A stretch of DNA of 24,900 bases from a virus (Duplodnaviria; Caudoviricetes): IMG/VR virus record IMGVR_UViG_3300020043_006659, positions 1 through 24,900 of that record. One strand, written 5' to 3'. The position numbers and the translations under genes were made by a program. Below are positions 1 to 8,911 of the stretch, piece by piece (the stretch's first letter is position 1; the number at the start of each line of letters is the position of its first letter). The notes below the pieces were generated by a model. It was not told the origin of the DNA. It was given only the letters and a program-made list of their open reading frames with translations, and did not search any database.

Positions 1-1
1 G

Positions 2-1462
2 CCGAAGAAACTGCTCAAGGGAGCGGCCGGCCTTCCGCAGCCGCAGGCCTCGGCTAATGGTGGCGGAGGCTATCCGCAGAATCCGCGCTGGGAAAGCGCG
101 ACCCAGAGCAACGGTCGCCAGATCCTTTACATGGGCGCCAACGTGGACGCCCGCCGTGACCTCCGTGCGCGTGACCGCAACACGATGGTCAAGAAGTGCC
201 GGTATGCCGAGCGCAACTACGGCCTCTACAATCAGATCCTCAATGACACCGTGATGTATGTCGTCGGCGGCGGCATGCGGATGCAGTCCCATTGTGAAGA
301 CCCCGAGGTAGGCCGCGAGCACATGGAGTACTTCTACGAAGTGTCCCGTAAGCTCGACGTCACCGGGCGTTTCTCTTTCGAGGACTGCCAGAAACTCATC
401 ACCCGCTCCTGGATGCGAGATGGCGACACCTTCGCCGCCAAGGTCCGCAACGGCCGAGACCAGGCGAAGATTCAGCTCATCGAAGCCCACCGCGTCGGCG
501 ACCCTGCCGATCGTGACCTTCCCGAGCGCGTCTGGGACGGCGTCGAGTTCGGAGAATTCGGAGAGGTCGTCGCCTATTGGGTCTACCGATCCAACGGCTC
601 CAGCCGTCAGGTGCTCGCCAACGCGATGATGCACATTGTGGACTTCACCTCGTCAAGCGCGTCGCGCGGAACCCCAATCCTACAGCATGCGACGAACAGC
701 CTCCAGGACATGGACGAAATTCTCGAAGCCGAGAAGCGGGCCGTCAAGGACCAGTCAGAAGTGACGCGCGTCCTGAACAAGGCGGGCGGTTTCGTCGACG
801 ATAACATGGCCGCCGAACTTGGCGGAGGCGACCGATGCTATTCCGGCCTCGTCGAACAGGCCGGCGGCAAGCTGCTCGTCCTGGAGCCCAATGAAAAGCT
901 GGAACATCAGGAATCAAAAAGACCCTCGCAGACATTCAACGGATTTATCGCAGAGCTCCAGCGCGACGTGACCTTCGGTTCCCTTCCGTGGGATTTTGTG
1001 GTCGACCCTTCTAAGCTAGCGGGGGCCGGTGTTCGCTTGGTCGGAAATAAGGCCGACCGATTCATCAGCCATGTCCAGAACATGGTGATCAATCAATTCT
1101 GCATCCCGACCTATCAATATATCATCAGCGACGGCATCGAAAAGGGTCTCATCCGCGACGACCGCTCCTGGTACAAGTGCTCGGTCATCACGCCGCCCTC
1201 CCTCACCGTCGACGCCGGACGCGAATCGGCCAACGACCGCGAGGACATCAAGATGGGACTGATGAGCCGTTCCGAATACTACAAGACCCACGGGAGCGAG
1301 TTTTACAAACAGATCGACAGCATCGCTCAGGAACTGGCCTACATCCGTCAGAAAGAGCAGGAACTCGGCCTGCCTTACGGAAGCATTTCCCAGACTTATC
1401 CCAACCCGGTCACGCCTGAGCAGGCGCAGCCGGCTGGAACCCCTCCCCCTTCCACCCCTTAA
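2..1462 (+). CDS. Phage portal protein, lambda gpB-like family (5'-truncated by window edge)
   Basis: The frame is open from position 2, upstream of the ATG at 131 (PKKLLKG...RWESATQSNGRQILYMG). RYAERNYGLYNQILNDTVMYVVGGG, RDGDTF, IQLIEAHRV, DGVEFGEFGEVVAYWV and SRGTP resemble lambda-type portals. It lies directly upstream of an S49 protease. Confidence 0.9.
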   Translation, partial: PKKLLKGAAGLPQPQASANGGGGYPQNPRWESATQSNGRQILYMGANVDARRDLRARDRNTMVKKCRYAERNYGLYNQILNDTVMYVVGGGMRMQSHCEDPEVGREHMEYFYEVSRKLDVTGRFSFEDCQKLITRSWMRDGDTFAAKVRNGRDQAKIQLIEAHRVGDPADRDLPERVWDGVEFGEFGEVVAYWVYRSNGSSRQVLANAMMHIVDFTSSSASRGTPILQHATNSLQDMDEILEAEKRAVKDQSEVTRVLNKAGGFVDDNMAAELGGGDRCYSGLVEQAGGKLLVLEPNEKLEHQESKRPSQTFNGFIAELQRDVTFGSLPWDFVVDPSKLAGAGVRLVGNKADRFISHVQNMVINQFCIPTYQYIISDGIEKGLIRDDRSWYKCSVITPPSLTVDAGRESANDREDIKMGLMSRSEYYKTHGSEFYKQIDSIAQELAYIRQKEQELGLPYGSISQTYPNPVTPEQAQPAGTPPPSTP

Positions 1463-1463
1463 C

Positions 1464-2249
1464 ATGAGATTCTTGTCCAACGGCCTCCGCGGCCTAGAGC
1501 CACTTCTGATCAACCCGGTCCGCGCCAAGGATTACGTCGAGGCCTCCAAGGCCGCCGGACTCGGCGACATGATCGCGCAGCTCTTCGGCGAAGCGCCCAA
1601 GCCCTACGTCGTCGGCACGACCGCGGTCATCCCCGTGTCGGGCCCCATCGGCAAAGGCCTGAGCCCTATCGAGCGCATGATGGGCGGAGCCGACGTCGAC
1701 GTCATCGCCGGCTGGCTGGAAGAAGCCCAGGACAACCCGGCCGTCGACAAGGTCCTCCTCGCCATCAACTCCCCCGGCGGCACGGTGACGGGTGTCCAGG
1801 AACTGGCTGACATGGTCGCCAAGTACAAGAAGCCGACCCGCGCCTTCTCGGATAACATGGCCGCCTCCGCCGCCTATTGGATCGGAAGTCAGGCCGACGA
1901 ATTCACCGTCACGGGCAGCGCCCAGATCGGGAGCATCGGCGTGTACATGGTCATTCCGAACCTCGAAGAATACTACGCCGCCCAGGGCATCAAGTTCGAG
2001 GTCATCGCCGCGGGCATCCACAAGGCCGCCGGCGCCGAAGGCCTCCCCCTTACGGCAGAGCAACGTGCTTACCTTCAGGCCTCCGTCGAGTCCACCCGCG
2101 ACGAGTTCCGCGAATCGGTCCGCCGCAAGCGTCGCTTCGTCCGTGACGAGGACATGGAAGGTCAGGTCTTCACGGGCCGAGAAGCCGCCAACCGCGGCCT
2201 CGTCACCGGCATCGTCCAGAACCTCCGCGAAGCCCTCGCGACCTTCTGA
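1464..2249 (+). CDS. S49 family (SppA/ClpP-fold) prohead maturation protease, lambda gpC-like
   Basis: Motifs INSPGGTVTG, MAASAAYWIGSQAD, IGSIGV and GQVFTGREA; position between portal and capsid genes. Confidence 0.93.
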   Translation: MRFLSNGLRGLEPLLINPVRAKDYVEASKAAGLGDMIAQLFGEAPKPYVVGTTAVIPVSGPIGKGLSPIERMMGGADVDVIAGWLEEAQDNPAVDKVLLAINSPGGTVTGVQELADMVAKYKKPTRAFSDNMAASAAYWIGSQADEFTVTGSAQIGSIGVYMVIPNLEEYYAAQGIKFEVIAAGIHKAAGAEGLPLTAEQRAYLQASVESTRDEFRESVRRKRRFVRDEDMEGQVFTGREAANRGLVTGIVQNLREALATF

Positions 2250-3094
2250 TGCCTCAGACCGTCCCCGTCCCCGACTACGTCTCCGAAGCCGCTCGCCGCG
2301 GCCTCGAGTGGCATGCCGAGGGGAAGTCCGGCGACGGCGTGACCGACCAGACGATCCGAGAAGCCCGCGACATGGTCGAAGGTTCCATCTCCGAGGACAA
2401 GGTCCGCCGGATGGGGCCTTGGTTCCAGCGCCACCGCGGCGACATGGACGCCCCCAAGAACGACCCGGATAACAAGGACTTCCCCGGAGCGGGCGCCGTA
2501 GCCTGGGCCTTATGGGGCGGACCTACCTCCGGCGACATCATGCGCGCCGCCAAGTGGGCGGAAGAGACCGTCGAGCGTCTTGAATTGGACGACGACGACG
2601 AGAGCGAGGAAGAATCCAAGGCCGGACAGTTGCCCACCTCCGCAATCTTTAAGACCATGACCATCGAAGAAAAACTCGCCGCCGCCGAGGCCCTCGTCGC
2701 CTCCGCCTCCGCCGAACGTGACGACCTCCGCGCCACCGTGGAGAAGCTCACCGTCGGTTCCGTCTCCGAAGTCGAAGCCCTCAAGTTCGAGGCCTCCGTC
2801 AAGGACGCCAAGGTCATCGAGCTCGAAGCCGCCGTCACCGCCTCCGCCAAGCAGATCGAAGAACTGACCGCCAAGCTCGCCGAACTCTCGGCCGTCCAGG
2901 TCAGCGCCAGCGCCGAAGCCGCGACCATCGTCGCCAAGGTCGGCGTGGCCCCCATCGACCTCCCTCAGGGCGACAGCCCGGTCCGCGCCACGGACGCCGA
3001 GATTGCCGAACAGTACGCCGCCATGCCCTTCGGCAAGGAGCGCACCGAGTTCCTGAAGAAGAACCGCTCGGCCATCTTCAAGGCCACCAAATAA
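2249..3094 (+). CDS. Head protein: N-terminal globular domain of unknown function fused to a coiled-coil scaffold
   Basis: TGATG overlap with the protease stop. N-terminal ARRGLEW...FQRH...AWALWGG domain, acidic linker (DDDDESEEE), then an Ala/Glu-rich coiled coil just before the capsid gene. Confidence 0.65.
   Translation: MPQTVPVPDYVSEAARRGLEWHAEGKSGDGVTDQTIREARDMVEGSISEDKVRRMGPWFQRHRGDMDAPKNDPDNKDFPGAGAVAWALWGGPTSGDIMRAAKWAEETVERLELDDDDESEEESKAGQLPTSAIFKTMTIEEKLAAAEALVASASAERDDLRATVEKLTVGSVSEVEALKFEASVKDAKVIELEAAVTASAKQIEELTAKLAELSAVQVSASAEAATIVAKVGVAPIDLPQGDSPVRATDAEIAEQYAAMPFGKERTEFLKKNRSAIFKATK
2630..2656 (+). promoter_or_regulatory. Conserved upstream motif, copy 1 (scaffold)
   Basis: TTGCC-CACCTCC-GCA-ATCTTTAAGACC then ATG. 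Confidence 0.65.
2657..3094 (+). CDS. Putative nested in-frame capsid scaffolding protein (MTIEEKLAAAEAL...)
   Basis: In-frame ATG at 2657, preceded by the same TTGCC-N7-GCA...AAGACC motif found before other structural genes; coiled-coil composition. Confidence 0.65.
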   Translation: MTIEEKLAAAEALVASASAERDDLRATVEKLTVGSVSEVEALKFEASVKDAKVIELEAAVTASAKQIEELTAKLAELSAVQVSASAEAATIVAKVGVAPIDLPQGDSPVRATDAEIAEQYAAMPFGKERTEFLKKNRSAIFKATK

Positions 3095-3124
3095 TTTCCT
3101 CCAACCCTCACCCGATAAACTAAT

Positions 3125-3979
3125 ATGTCCAACACCATCGCTGCCCAGCTGATCGTCGACACCCTCGCCGCCCAGTCCCAGACCATCCTCGCGAACCGCC
3201 TCGCCGCCCTCTCGCACTTCGCCTCAGACTTCTCCTCGGACGTGAAGCGCCCGAAGGACGTCGTCCAGGTCGCCATCGCATCCGCCGGCTCCTCGACCGT
3301 CACGAACCCGACCACGTTCAACACGATCGGCGACTCGACCTTGAGCGCCACCTCCGTCACCCTGAACCACCTCTACCAGCCCTTCGGCCTCGCGTACTCT
3401 GACATCCAGAACGCCATCCGCCTGGAGCGCCTGGTGAAGATCAACCTCGACAAGCTGGCCGACTCCATCTGGGCCGCCGCCACCGCCCCGATCACCGTCG
3501 CCAACTTCGGCGCCGCCACCGTGACCGCCGCTGATTCGGCTGTCACCCCTGGTTCCGCCAACCTCCGCGCCCTCTGGGCCGGCGTCAGCAAGGCCGGCCG
3601 CAAGGCCCTGATCGTGAATCCTGGCATCTACAGCCAGCTCATCCCGACCAGCACGACCTCCCTCCCCCTCGAGAACGGAGCCTATGGCTTCGACGGCGGC
3701 GTCTACTACGCTTCCAACTTCCCCTCCGAGGCTAAACTGGCCGGCTTCGCCTGTGCGCCTGAGGCTTTGGCGATGGCCGCTGCGGCCCCGTCCCTCGACC
3801 ACGTCCGCGACGGCATGCTCGTCTCGGAAGTCGTCCCGGTCGAAGGCCTCGGCTTGAGCATCTACTACAACGTCTGGGCCGACAAGAGCACCCGCTCCCT
3901 CGTCGCCTCGGCGGAGCTGATGTTCGGCGCCTCGAAGGCCGTGACCTCCGGCACGATCGCCTCGGTCTACAACCCGTAA
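3125..3979 (+). CDS. Major capsid protein (probable HK97 fold)
   Basis: 284 aa, follows protease and scaffold, strongly C-ending codon usage, and is followed by a strong terminator. Assigned mainly by synteny. Confidence 0.8.
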   Translation: MSNTIAAQLIVDTLAAQSQTILANRLAALSHFASDFSSDVKRPKDVVQVAIASAGSSTVTNPTTFNTIGDSTLSATSVTLNHLYQPFGLAYSDIQNAIRLERLVKINLDKLADSIWAAATAPITVANFGAATVTAADSAVTPGSANLRALWAGVSKAGRKALIVNPGIYSQLIPTSTTSLPLENGAYGFDGGVYYASNFPSEAKLAGFACAPEALAMAAAAPSLDHVRDGMLVSEVVPVEGLGLSIYYNVWADKSTRSLVASAELMFGASKAVTSGTIASVYNP

Positions 3980-4007
3980 TCGCCGGGGCTTAAAGCCCCA
4001 CGAAACG

Positions 4008-4036
4008 AGACCCCCAGAAATGGGGGTCTTTTTTTT
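4008..4036 (+). terminator. Rho-independent terminator after the capsid gene
   Basis: AGACCCCCA-GAAA-TGGGGGTCT stem followed by a T run. A second small hairpin GGGGCT-TAA-AGCCCC lies at 3985-3999. Confidence 0.9.
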
Positions 4037-4054
4037 GCCCACCTTTGCAGATTT
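4035..4054 (+). promoter_or_regulatory. Conserved upstream motif, copy 2 (head-tail gene)
   Basis: TTGCC-CACCTTT-GCA-GATTT then ATG; starts within the terminator T run. Confidence 0.6.
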
Positions 4055-4432
4055 ATGAGCCTGTATTCTGAGTTCCTCCCCGACGCCAAGGAGATCGTGG
4101 CCGACCTAGGAATCCCAGGTTCGACCGCCGGCGCCACCCTCACCTTCTCCTGCCTCATCTCAGAACCCGCCTACACCACCGTCCTCGAGGCAGGTGGGTA
4201 TTGTGAGCGGACCCAATCCTCTGTCCGCCTGCCCGCCGTAACGGCCTCCTGGACGAAGCCAGACGGGTCTAATGGGGCATCTGGACCCACCCTCTCGGCC
4301 GGGGTCCCTGTCGCCGGACTAGGCATCGGCAAGAAACTGACGGTCGGCGGCAAGGTCGTCCGCATCAACAGCCAGACCTACAAGCCCGGTTCGGCCTGGA
4401 TCACGCTCGTCGTCATCGACGACAACCAGTAA
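4055..4432 (+). CDS. Putative head-tail joining/closure protein
   Basis: 125 aa, beta-rich appearance, immediately after the capsid gene; synteny only. Confidence 0.55.
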   Translation: MSLYSEFLPDAKEIVADLGIPGSTAGATLTFSCLISEPAYTTVLEAGGYCERTQSSVRLPAVTASWTKPDGSNGASGPTLSAGVPVAGLGIGKKLTVGGKVVRINSQTYKPGSAWITLVVIDDNQ

Positions 4433-5422
4433 ATGGAAGGCCGCATCGTCCCCCGCAGCCGTGACGAATTCATGGCCGCAATCAAGGCCTTCAGCGAAGG
4501 GACGGGCGACGGCATGAAGGATGTCTTCCTGGAACAGGCCGCCCTCTGCTGCCGAGACTCCATGGTCTTCACCCCGCCCATCGTGAAGGCCGGGGGCGAC
4601 GGCATGAGCAAGGAGGCCAAGCTTGCCGGCGAACTAGCCGTCCAGAAGGACGTGAAATCGGTCATGGTCGGCGAGCGTTCGGGAAGCACCCGTGCCCGCC
4701 GCGGCCGCCTGTTCCGCAAACTCGGCAGCGCGTCCTTCACGAACAACCCTGCCAAATTCTGGAAACTTGCCTCGGACAACTCAGACCTGTTCGCCGGCAA
4801 CGGCCTCTGGAGCCGGATGTTCGGTAACGGCTTCGGGACGCAGAAGGGGTTTAACAAGCTGAAGAACTACTTCGGCAAGATCGGGCAGGAGGAGGCATCG
4901 AACATCTTCAACCGCCCCATCGTCGAAAGCAGGGAGCAGGTCCGACAGATTCACGAGACCTTCAAGAAGCGCTTCGGCGGACGCATCGTCAAGAACGGCG
5001 GACCTGGCATCGAGTTCTGGCAGCGGACCGTGGTCAAGGACAAGGTCCTCGAGGACTATATCCGCGAGCGCATGAGGATGGTCGGCCGCATCAAGGCCGG
5101 CTGGGTCGACGCCCTCAACAAGCTGCCTAAGCCGAAGAACCTATCCGGGCCTGCCTCGCGCAAGAACGCAGGCCGCTCCCAGATTCCTCTCTGGATCAAG
5201 CGCCACGCAAAGAGCGAAGGATACGCGGTCATGTCCACCCGCCAGGTCGGCGAGCTCATCATCGAGCTGACGGTCGGGAACCGCATAGGCGATACTGACT
5301 ATGTTGCAACGGACGCCGACACGAAGAACCTAGTCTACGGCAACCGCGTCAAGCAGATGCCTCTCATGCTAGAGAACATGCTCAAGGCCCAGAGGGAAAA
5401 ATTCAACCGCGGTAAACGCTGA
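4433..5422 (+). CDS. Putative neck/tail-completion protein (HK97 gp10-like position), basic
   Basis: 329 aa, Lys/Arg-rich, with VGRIKAGW reminiscent of the gp10-type G-x-L/I-K/R-x-x-W motif; synteny. Confidence 0.45.
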   Translation: MEGRIVPRSRDEFMAAIKAFSEGTGDGMKDVFLEQAALCCRDSMVFTPPIVKAGGDGMSKEAKLAGELAVQKDVKSVMVGERSGSTRARRGRLFRKLGSASFTNNPAKFWKLASDNSDLFAGNGLWSRMFGNGFGTQKGFNKLKNYFGKIGQEEASNIFNRPIVESREQVRQIHETFKKRFGGRIVKNGGPGIEFWQRTVVKDKVLEDYIRERMRMVGRIKAGWVDALNKLPKPKNLSGPASRKNAGRSQIPLWIKRHAKSEGYAVMSTRQVGELIIELTVGNRIGDTDYVATDADTKNLVYGNRVKQMPLMLENMLKAQREKFNRGKR

Positions 5423-5429
5423 TCATCTT

Positions 5430-5870
5430 ATGCCAGGAACCATCTCAGTAAGACACATCGTCGAGGGCGTCCTCGACACCTACCTGACAGCCGAGACCGG
5501 ACTTGCCGGCGTGGCCGTCTACACGGGCGACAACGCCGAGATTAACGTGCTGCCAAAGTGCGTCGTCCTCTGCGACTCAGCCAGGGCCCCGGCCGAACTG
5601 CCCGAAGGCCTCGGCAATTACCATTGTTCGGTCCGCCTGACCATCTTCTCCAACGCCGACGACACGACCCTGAGCGACCACCGCGCCAGGGTAGCCGCCG
5701 CAGCCGGAGCCATGTCCAAGCTGTCCCTCATCAAGGCCGCCTTCGTGGCCGGGGGCGATGCGGTCTGTTATGACGTGACCCCGGAGAGCGAGGACGAAGG
5801 CCGGGACGAGCGCTCATGGGCGTCGGTCCTCGGCTACGACGTCTTCGTGGTCGTCAACCCGCAGCCGTAA
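5430..5870 (+). CDS. Putative tail terminator protein
   Basis: 146 aa directly before the tail tube gene, with a VYTG...LPKCVV alpha/beta pattern; synteny. Confidence 0.55.
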   Translation: MPGTISVRHIVEGVLDTYLTAETGLAGVAVYTGDNAEINVLPKCVVLCDSARAPAELPEGLGNYHCSVRLTIFSNADDTTLSDHRARVAAAAGAMSKLSLIKAAFVAGGDAVCYDVTPESEDEGRDERSWASVLGYDVFVVVNPQP

Positions 5871-5873
5871 GGG

Positions 5874-5900
5874 TTGCCCTCCTCCGCAGTTTCAAAGACC
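5874..5900 (+). promoter_or_regulatory. Conserved upstream motif, copy 3 (tail tube)
   Basis: TTGCC-CTCCTCC-GCA-GTTTCAAAGACC then ATG. Confidence 0.65.
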
Positions 5901-6278
5901 ATGGCCGCCATTCTCAACGGAACTTCCTGCATCTACGGCATCAACGGAACTGTCGCGAACTTGTTCGTCCAGTCCTTCTCTGTGTCCTCCGGCTTCAACA
6001 ACGAGGACACCGTCCAGAACGAGGCCGGCCTGACCGTGACCCATCGGCTCGACGATCGCAAGACGACCCTGAGCGTCGACGGGATTTGCAAGACGGGGGC
6101 TGTCCCCGTCCTCGGAACCACCCTGACCTTCACGACCAACACCTCCTCGGCCTATGGCGCCGGAGGCGCTTCGACGACCTTCGCCGGAGTCGTGGTCAAG
6201 GTAGACGAGAAATCCGTCAACAAGGGGTTCACCAGCGTCTCGGTCGAAGCAGTCGACTACGAAGGTATCACCTTCTAA
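5901..6278 (+). CDS. Putative major tail tube protein
   Basis: Thr/Gly/Ser/Val-rich 125 aa protein. ATG 5901 is preferred to the TTG at 5874 because the conserved upstream motif ends exactly at it. Confidence 0.65.
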   Translation: MAAILNGTSCIYGINGTVANLFVQSFSVSSGFNNEDTVQNEAGLTVTHRLDDRKTTLSVDGICKTGAVPVLGTTLTFTTNTSSAYGAGGASTTFAGVVVKVDEKSVNKGFTSVSVEAVDYEGITF

Positions 6279-6312
6279 TTGACTCCGCCCCGCAAGGGGT
6301 AGGATAGGAAGC

Positions 6313-6915
6313 GTGGACGGAAGATTTCTGCGCGCCTTCACGGACCCGGCCAAGGTGACCTGCCTTGGTCGGACTGTTTATCCCTGGTGCCTCAAGTACA
6401 GGGTGCGATTGCTCGCCATCGACTCTCCCTTCGCGGATGATTCAGGACGGCAGCCGACTCCGCTCGACCTGCTGACGGCCGTCAAGATATGCGCCGAGGA
6501 ACCCCTGGGCGAGCTGACCAGGGCCGAGATCAGGATAGTCCAATCCCTGACAGAAAGGCAGGCTCGGTTCCTGGCCGAATGTAAAAGGTTTCAGGAATAC
6601 GCCCACGTCGGCGCGTGGCCCAAGTTCTGGACGACGAACAGCAAGAACGGAGCATCTGCTGAAGACGCGGGAATCCCATGGCCTCTGATGGTCGTGGCAT
6701 CCCTCGTTAAACATGGCTTCGAGGAAAAGCGCGCCTGGGAAATGCCAGAGTGTCAGGCCATATGGTTCAATGTGGCTTATGGGGCGATGAACGGTTCGGA
6801 GCAGAAGATTTTGACCACCGACGAAGAGGCCTTCATGGCCGAGCAGGAACGGCTCGAGAAGGTTGCCGCCTCCGCAGAGGTAAAGACCCCCGCCGCCCAT
6901 GTCCCAGAAACTTGA
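6313..6915 (+). CDS. Putative tail assembly chaperone
   Basis: GTG start; located between tail tube and tape measure genes. Confidence 0.5.
   Translation: MDGRFLRAFTDPAKVTCLGRTVYPWCLKYRVRLLAIDSPFADDSGRQPTPLDLLTAVKICAEEPLGELTRAEIRIVQSLTERQARFLAECKRFQEYAHVGAWPKFWTTNSKNGASAEDAGIPWPLMVVASLVKHGFEEKRAWEMPECQAIWFNVAYGAMNGSEQKILTTDEEAFMAEQERLEKVAASAEVKTPAAHVPET
6863..6888 (+). promoter_or_regulatory. Conserved upstream motif, copy 4 (tape measure)
   Basis: TTGCC-GCCTCC-GCA-GAGGTAAAGACC (6-nt spacer), ATG 10 nt further on. Confidence 0.5.
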
Positions 6916-8047
6916 ATATGAACCGAAAGGAAAGTCCGACGTCGATCAGGTGACGGGTCGGGCCAAGAAGTCAGTCGAAAGCCTTGGTGAATCATTCCGA
7001 AAAGTCGGAGATGACATCTCAGGACGATTAGCCAGATTATTCTCCGCAACCGTACTCCTGGACAAGGGGTTTAGTTTCATCTCCAATACATTCAGAGAGT
7101 TCGCAGAAGTAGCAGACGAGGTCGAAAGGTCAGGCATCTCGTCCGACCAGTTCCAGCGTCTGGCATACGCCGCCCAGCAGTCCGGCGTATCCGTCGCAAC
7201 CCTGGCGAAGGCCACCCGTCAGCTGCGCGTGGACATGGCCGAGGCCGCTTCTGGCAACAAGCAGATGCTGGAGCTTTTCAATGCCATCGGGATTAGCATG
7301 GAGCAGATCAAGGCCGGAGACGTAGCATCAGTATTCTTAGCCATCTCGGCCGCCCTTTCTGACTCTGCTTCTGATTCTGACAAGATGCTGATAGCCACGA
7401 CTTTCTTCGGAGATAAGATTGGCAACGACATCCTCCCTCTGCTTGGAGAGATGAGGAAGCTTCAGAAAGACATCGCTGAAGCCCCTATCGTAGACGACGC
7501 AACCCTGAAAAAAATTGCAGAATATGAGGACGGGATGAATCGACTTACCGTTCAGGCCAAGACATTCCTCGCTACTTTGTTCAAAATAAACGATTTCTTG
7601 AATCCCGGCCCTGGCGGCATTGACCCAAAGACAGGCAAGTATGTCCCGGCATGGAGGATGAGGGAAATTAAGGAGGAAAAGGCTAAAGAGGAAGCCGCCG
7701 CCGCCGCTCTAAAGACAAAGGGCGCGTCTAAGCCGATCATCGAAGCCATCCAGAGGCAGGCCGAAGGAAAGCAAACGAAGGAAAAGGAAACCAAGACCGA
7801 GAAGGACAAAGCCGCCGACACCAAGGGACAGTCGGTCGCCAGCTCCGCCACCTCCGTCTCCGGCAACGTCATCGGCGTCGGCCAGAACCCTGTCGTCTCG
7901 GCCATCCATGAACAGGTCGAGATCGCGAAGCAGCAGCTCGAATACCTCCGCATGATGGCGACCAGGACGACCGCCTCGGGGACATCCCCCGACCTGACGA
8001 ACAAGGGCGCAGTCCCGCAGACCCCGGCGACCTCTCCTATCAAATAA
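6899..8047 (+). CDS. Tape measure-like protein (short, 382 aa)
   Basis: Helical Ala/Glu/Lys-rich protein; ERSGISSDQFQRLAYAAQQSGVS, FNAIGIS and FFGDKIG are tape-measure-like motifs; synteny. Confidence 0.75.
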   Translation: MSQKLEYEPKGKSDVDQVTGRAKKSVESLGESFRKVGDDISGRLARLFSATVLLDKGFSFISNTFREFAEVADEVERSGISSDQFQRLAYAAQQSGVSVATLAKATRQLRVDMAEAASGNKQMLELFNAIGISMEQIKAGDVASVFLAISAALSDSASDSDKMLIATTFFGDKIGNDILPLLGEMRKLQKDIAEAPIVDDATLKKIAEYEDGMNRLTVQAKTFLATLFKINDFLNPGPGGIDPKTGKYVPAWRMREIKEEKAKEEAAAAALKTKGASKPIIEAIQRQAEGKQTKEKETKTEKDKAADTKGQSVASSATSVSGNVIGVGQNPVVSAIHEQVEIAKQQLEYLRMMATRTTASGTSPDLTNKGAVPQTPATSPIK

Positions 8048-8056
8048 AATCATACC

Positions 8057-8911
8057 ATGGCACTCGTCGCATTTGGCAACGCCCTCACGTCTAAGTTCCC
8101 GCAGCCGGGTTCGGTCTACGAGACCGACGGCTACGGACTGCTTACGGCAAAGTCCACCTACATCGTCGACCAGTCCGTCGGCGGAACGGCCGTCATGACC
8201 GGGCAGGTCCACCCGATCTACTCGGACTACTTCTGTCACAAGTTTTCCTTCACGCGCAACGACCTGCTGATGGACGTCATCACGGCGGAGTATGTCGGCA
8301 TCCAGCCTTCGGTCGGCAACACTACCCGCCCGAACGTCACGGCCTCGCACGGCCTGACCTCGGAGCACATCACGACGCACCCTAACTTCTTCGGTCCTGC
8401 CACGGGCCTCGGCTTCGAGACGGCCATCGCCGGCAACGGGACGACCTTCACGACCTCGACGATCAATGACCAATACAAGGTCGGAGGCGTATTCGGCGCC
8501 CACTTCAAGGGCACGGCCACGAACGCCGGAGGCTTCGTCGGCTTCCTCGACTCATCGACAGCCGACAAGCAATACTTCTACGGCAAAAACCAATACCTCG
8601 CGCCGACGACTTCTTTTTCCGGGTGCGTCTACACGAACAGCACAGGAGTCGTCACGGCCATCAGGAACGCCGTAGGCAAGACCAGCAACAGCAACTCATT
8701 CTCAGGAACGAAGCTTCTCCCTGACCATGTCGGTACGACCTGGACCGCCACCGTCAAGGGCACCTTGCGCAACACCCTCCTCCTGTCGCAGGTTTCCTTC
8801 GAGGATTATTGCGTGGTCCAGGCCAGCGGAACGCCGCTGATCTTCAAGATCAACTACGAGCTGCGCTTCAACCGCGAAGGCTACCCGGCTGAAGTCTACG
8901 CCAGCGCATGA
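8057..8911 (+). CDS. Tail tip/distal tail structural protein
   Basis: 284 aa, Thr/Gly-rich, directly after the tape measure gene. Confidence 0.5.
   Translation: MALVAFGNALTSKFPQPGSVYETDGYGLLTAKSTYIVDQSVGGTAVMTGQVHPIYSDYFCHKFSFTRNDLLMDVITAEYVGIQPSVGNTTRPNVTASHGLTSEHITTHPNFFGPATGLGFETAIAGNGTTFTTSTINDQYKVGGVFGAHFKGTATNAGGFVGFLDSSTADKQYFYGKNQYLAPTTSFSGCVYTNSTGVVTAIRNAVGKTSNSNSFSGTKLLPDHVGTTWTATVKGTLRNTLLLSQVSFEDYCVVQASGTPLIFKINYELRFNREGYPAEVYASA

Noticed and set aside
2630-2644. Canonical sigma54 promoter
   Set aside because: The motif lacks the invariant GG of TGGCAC and the GG-N10-GC spacing.
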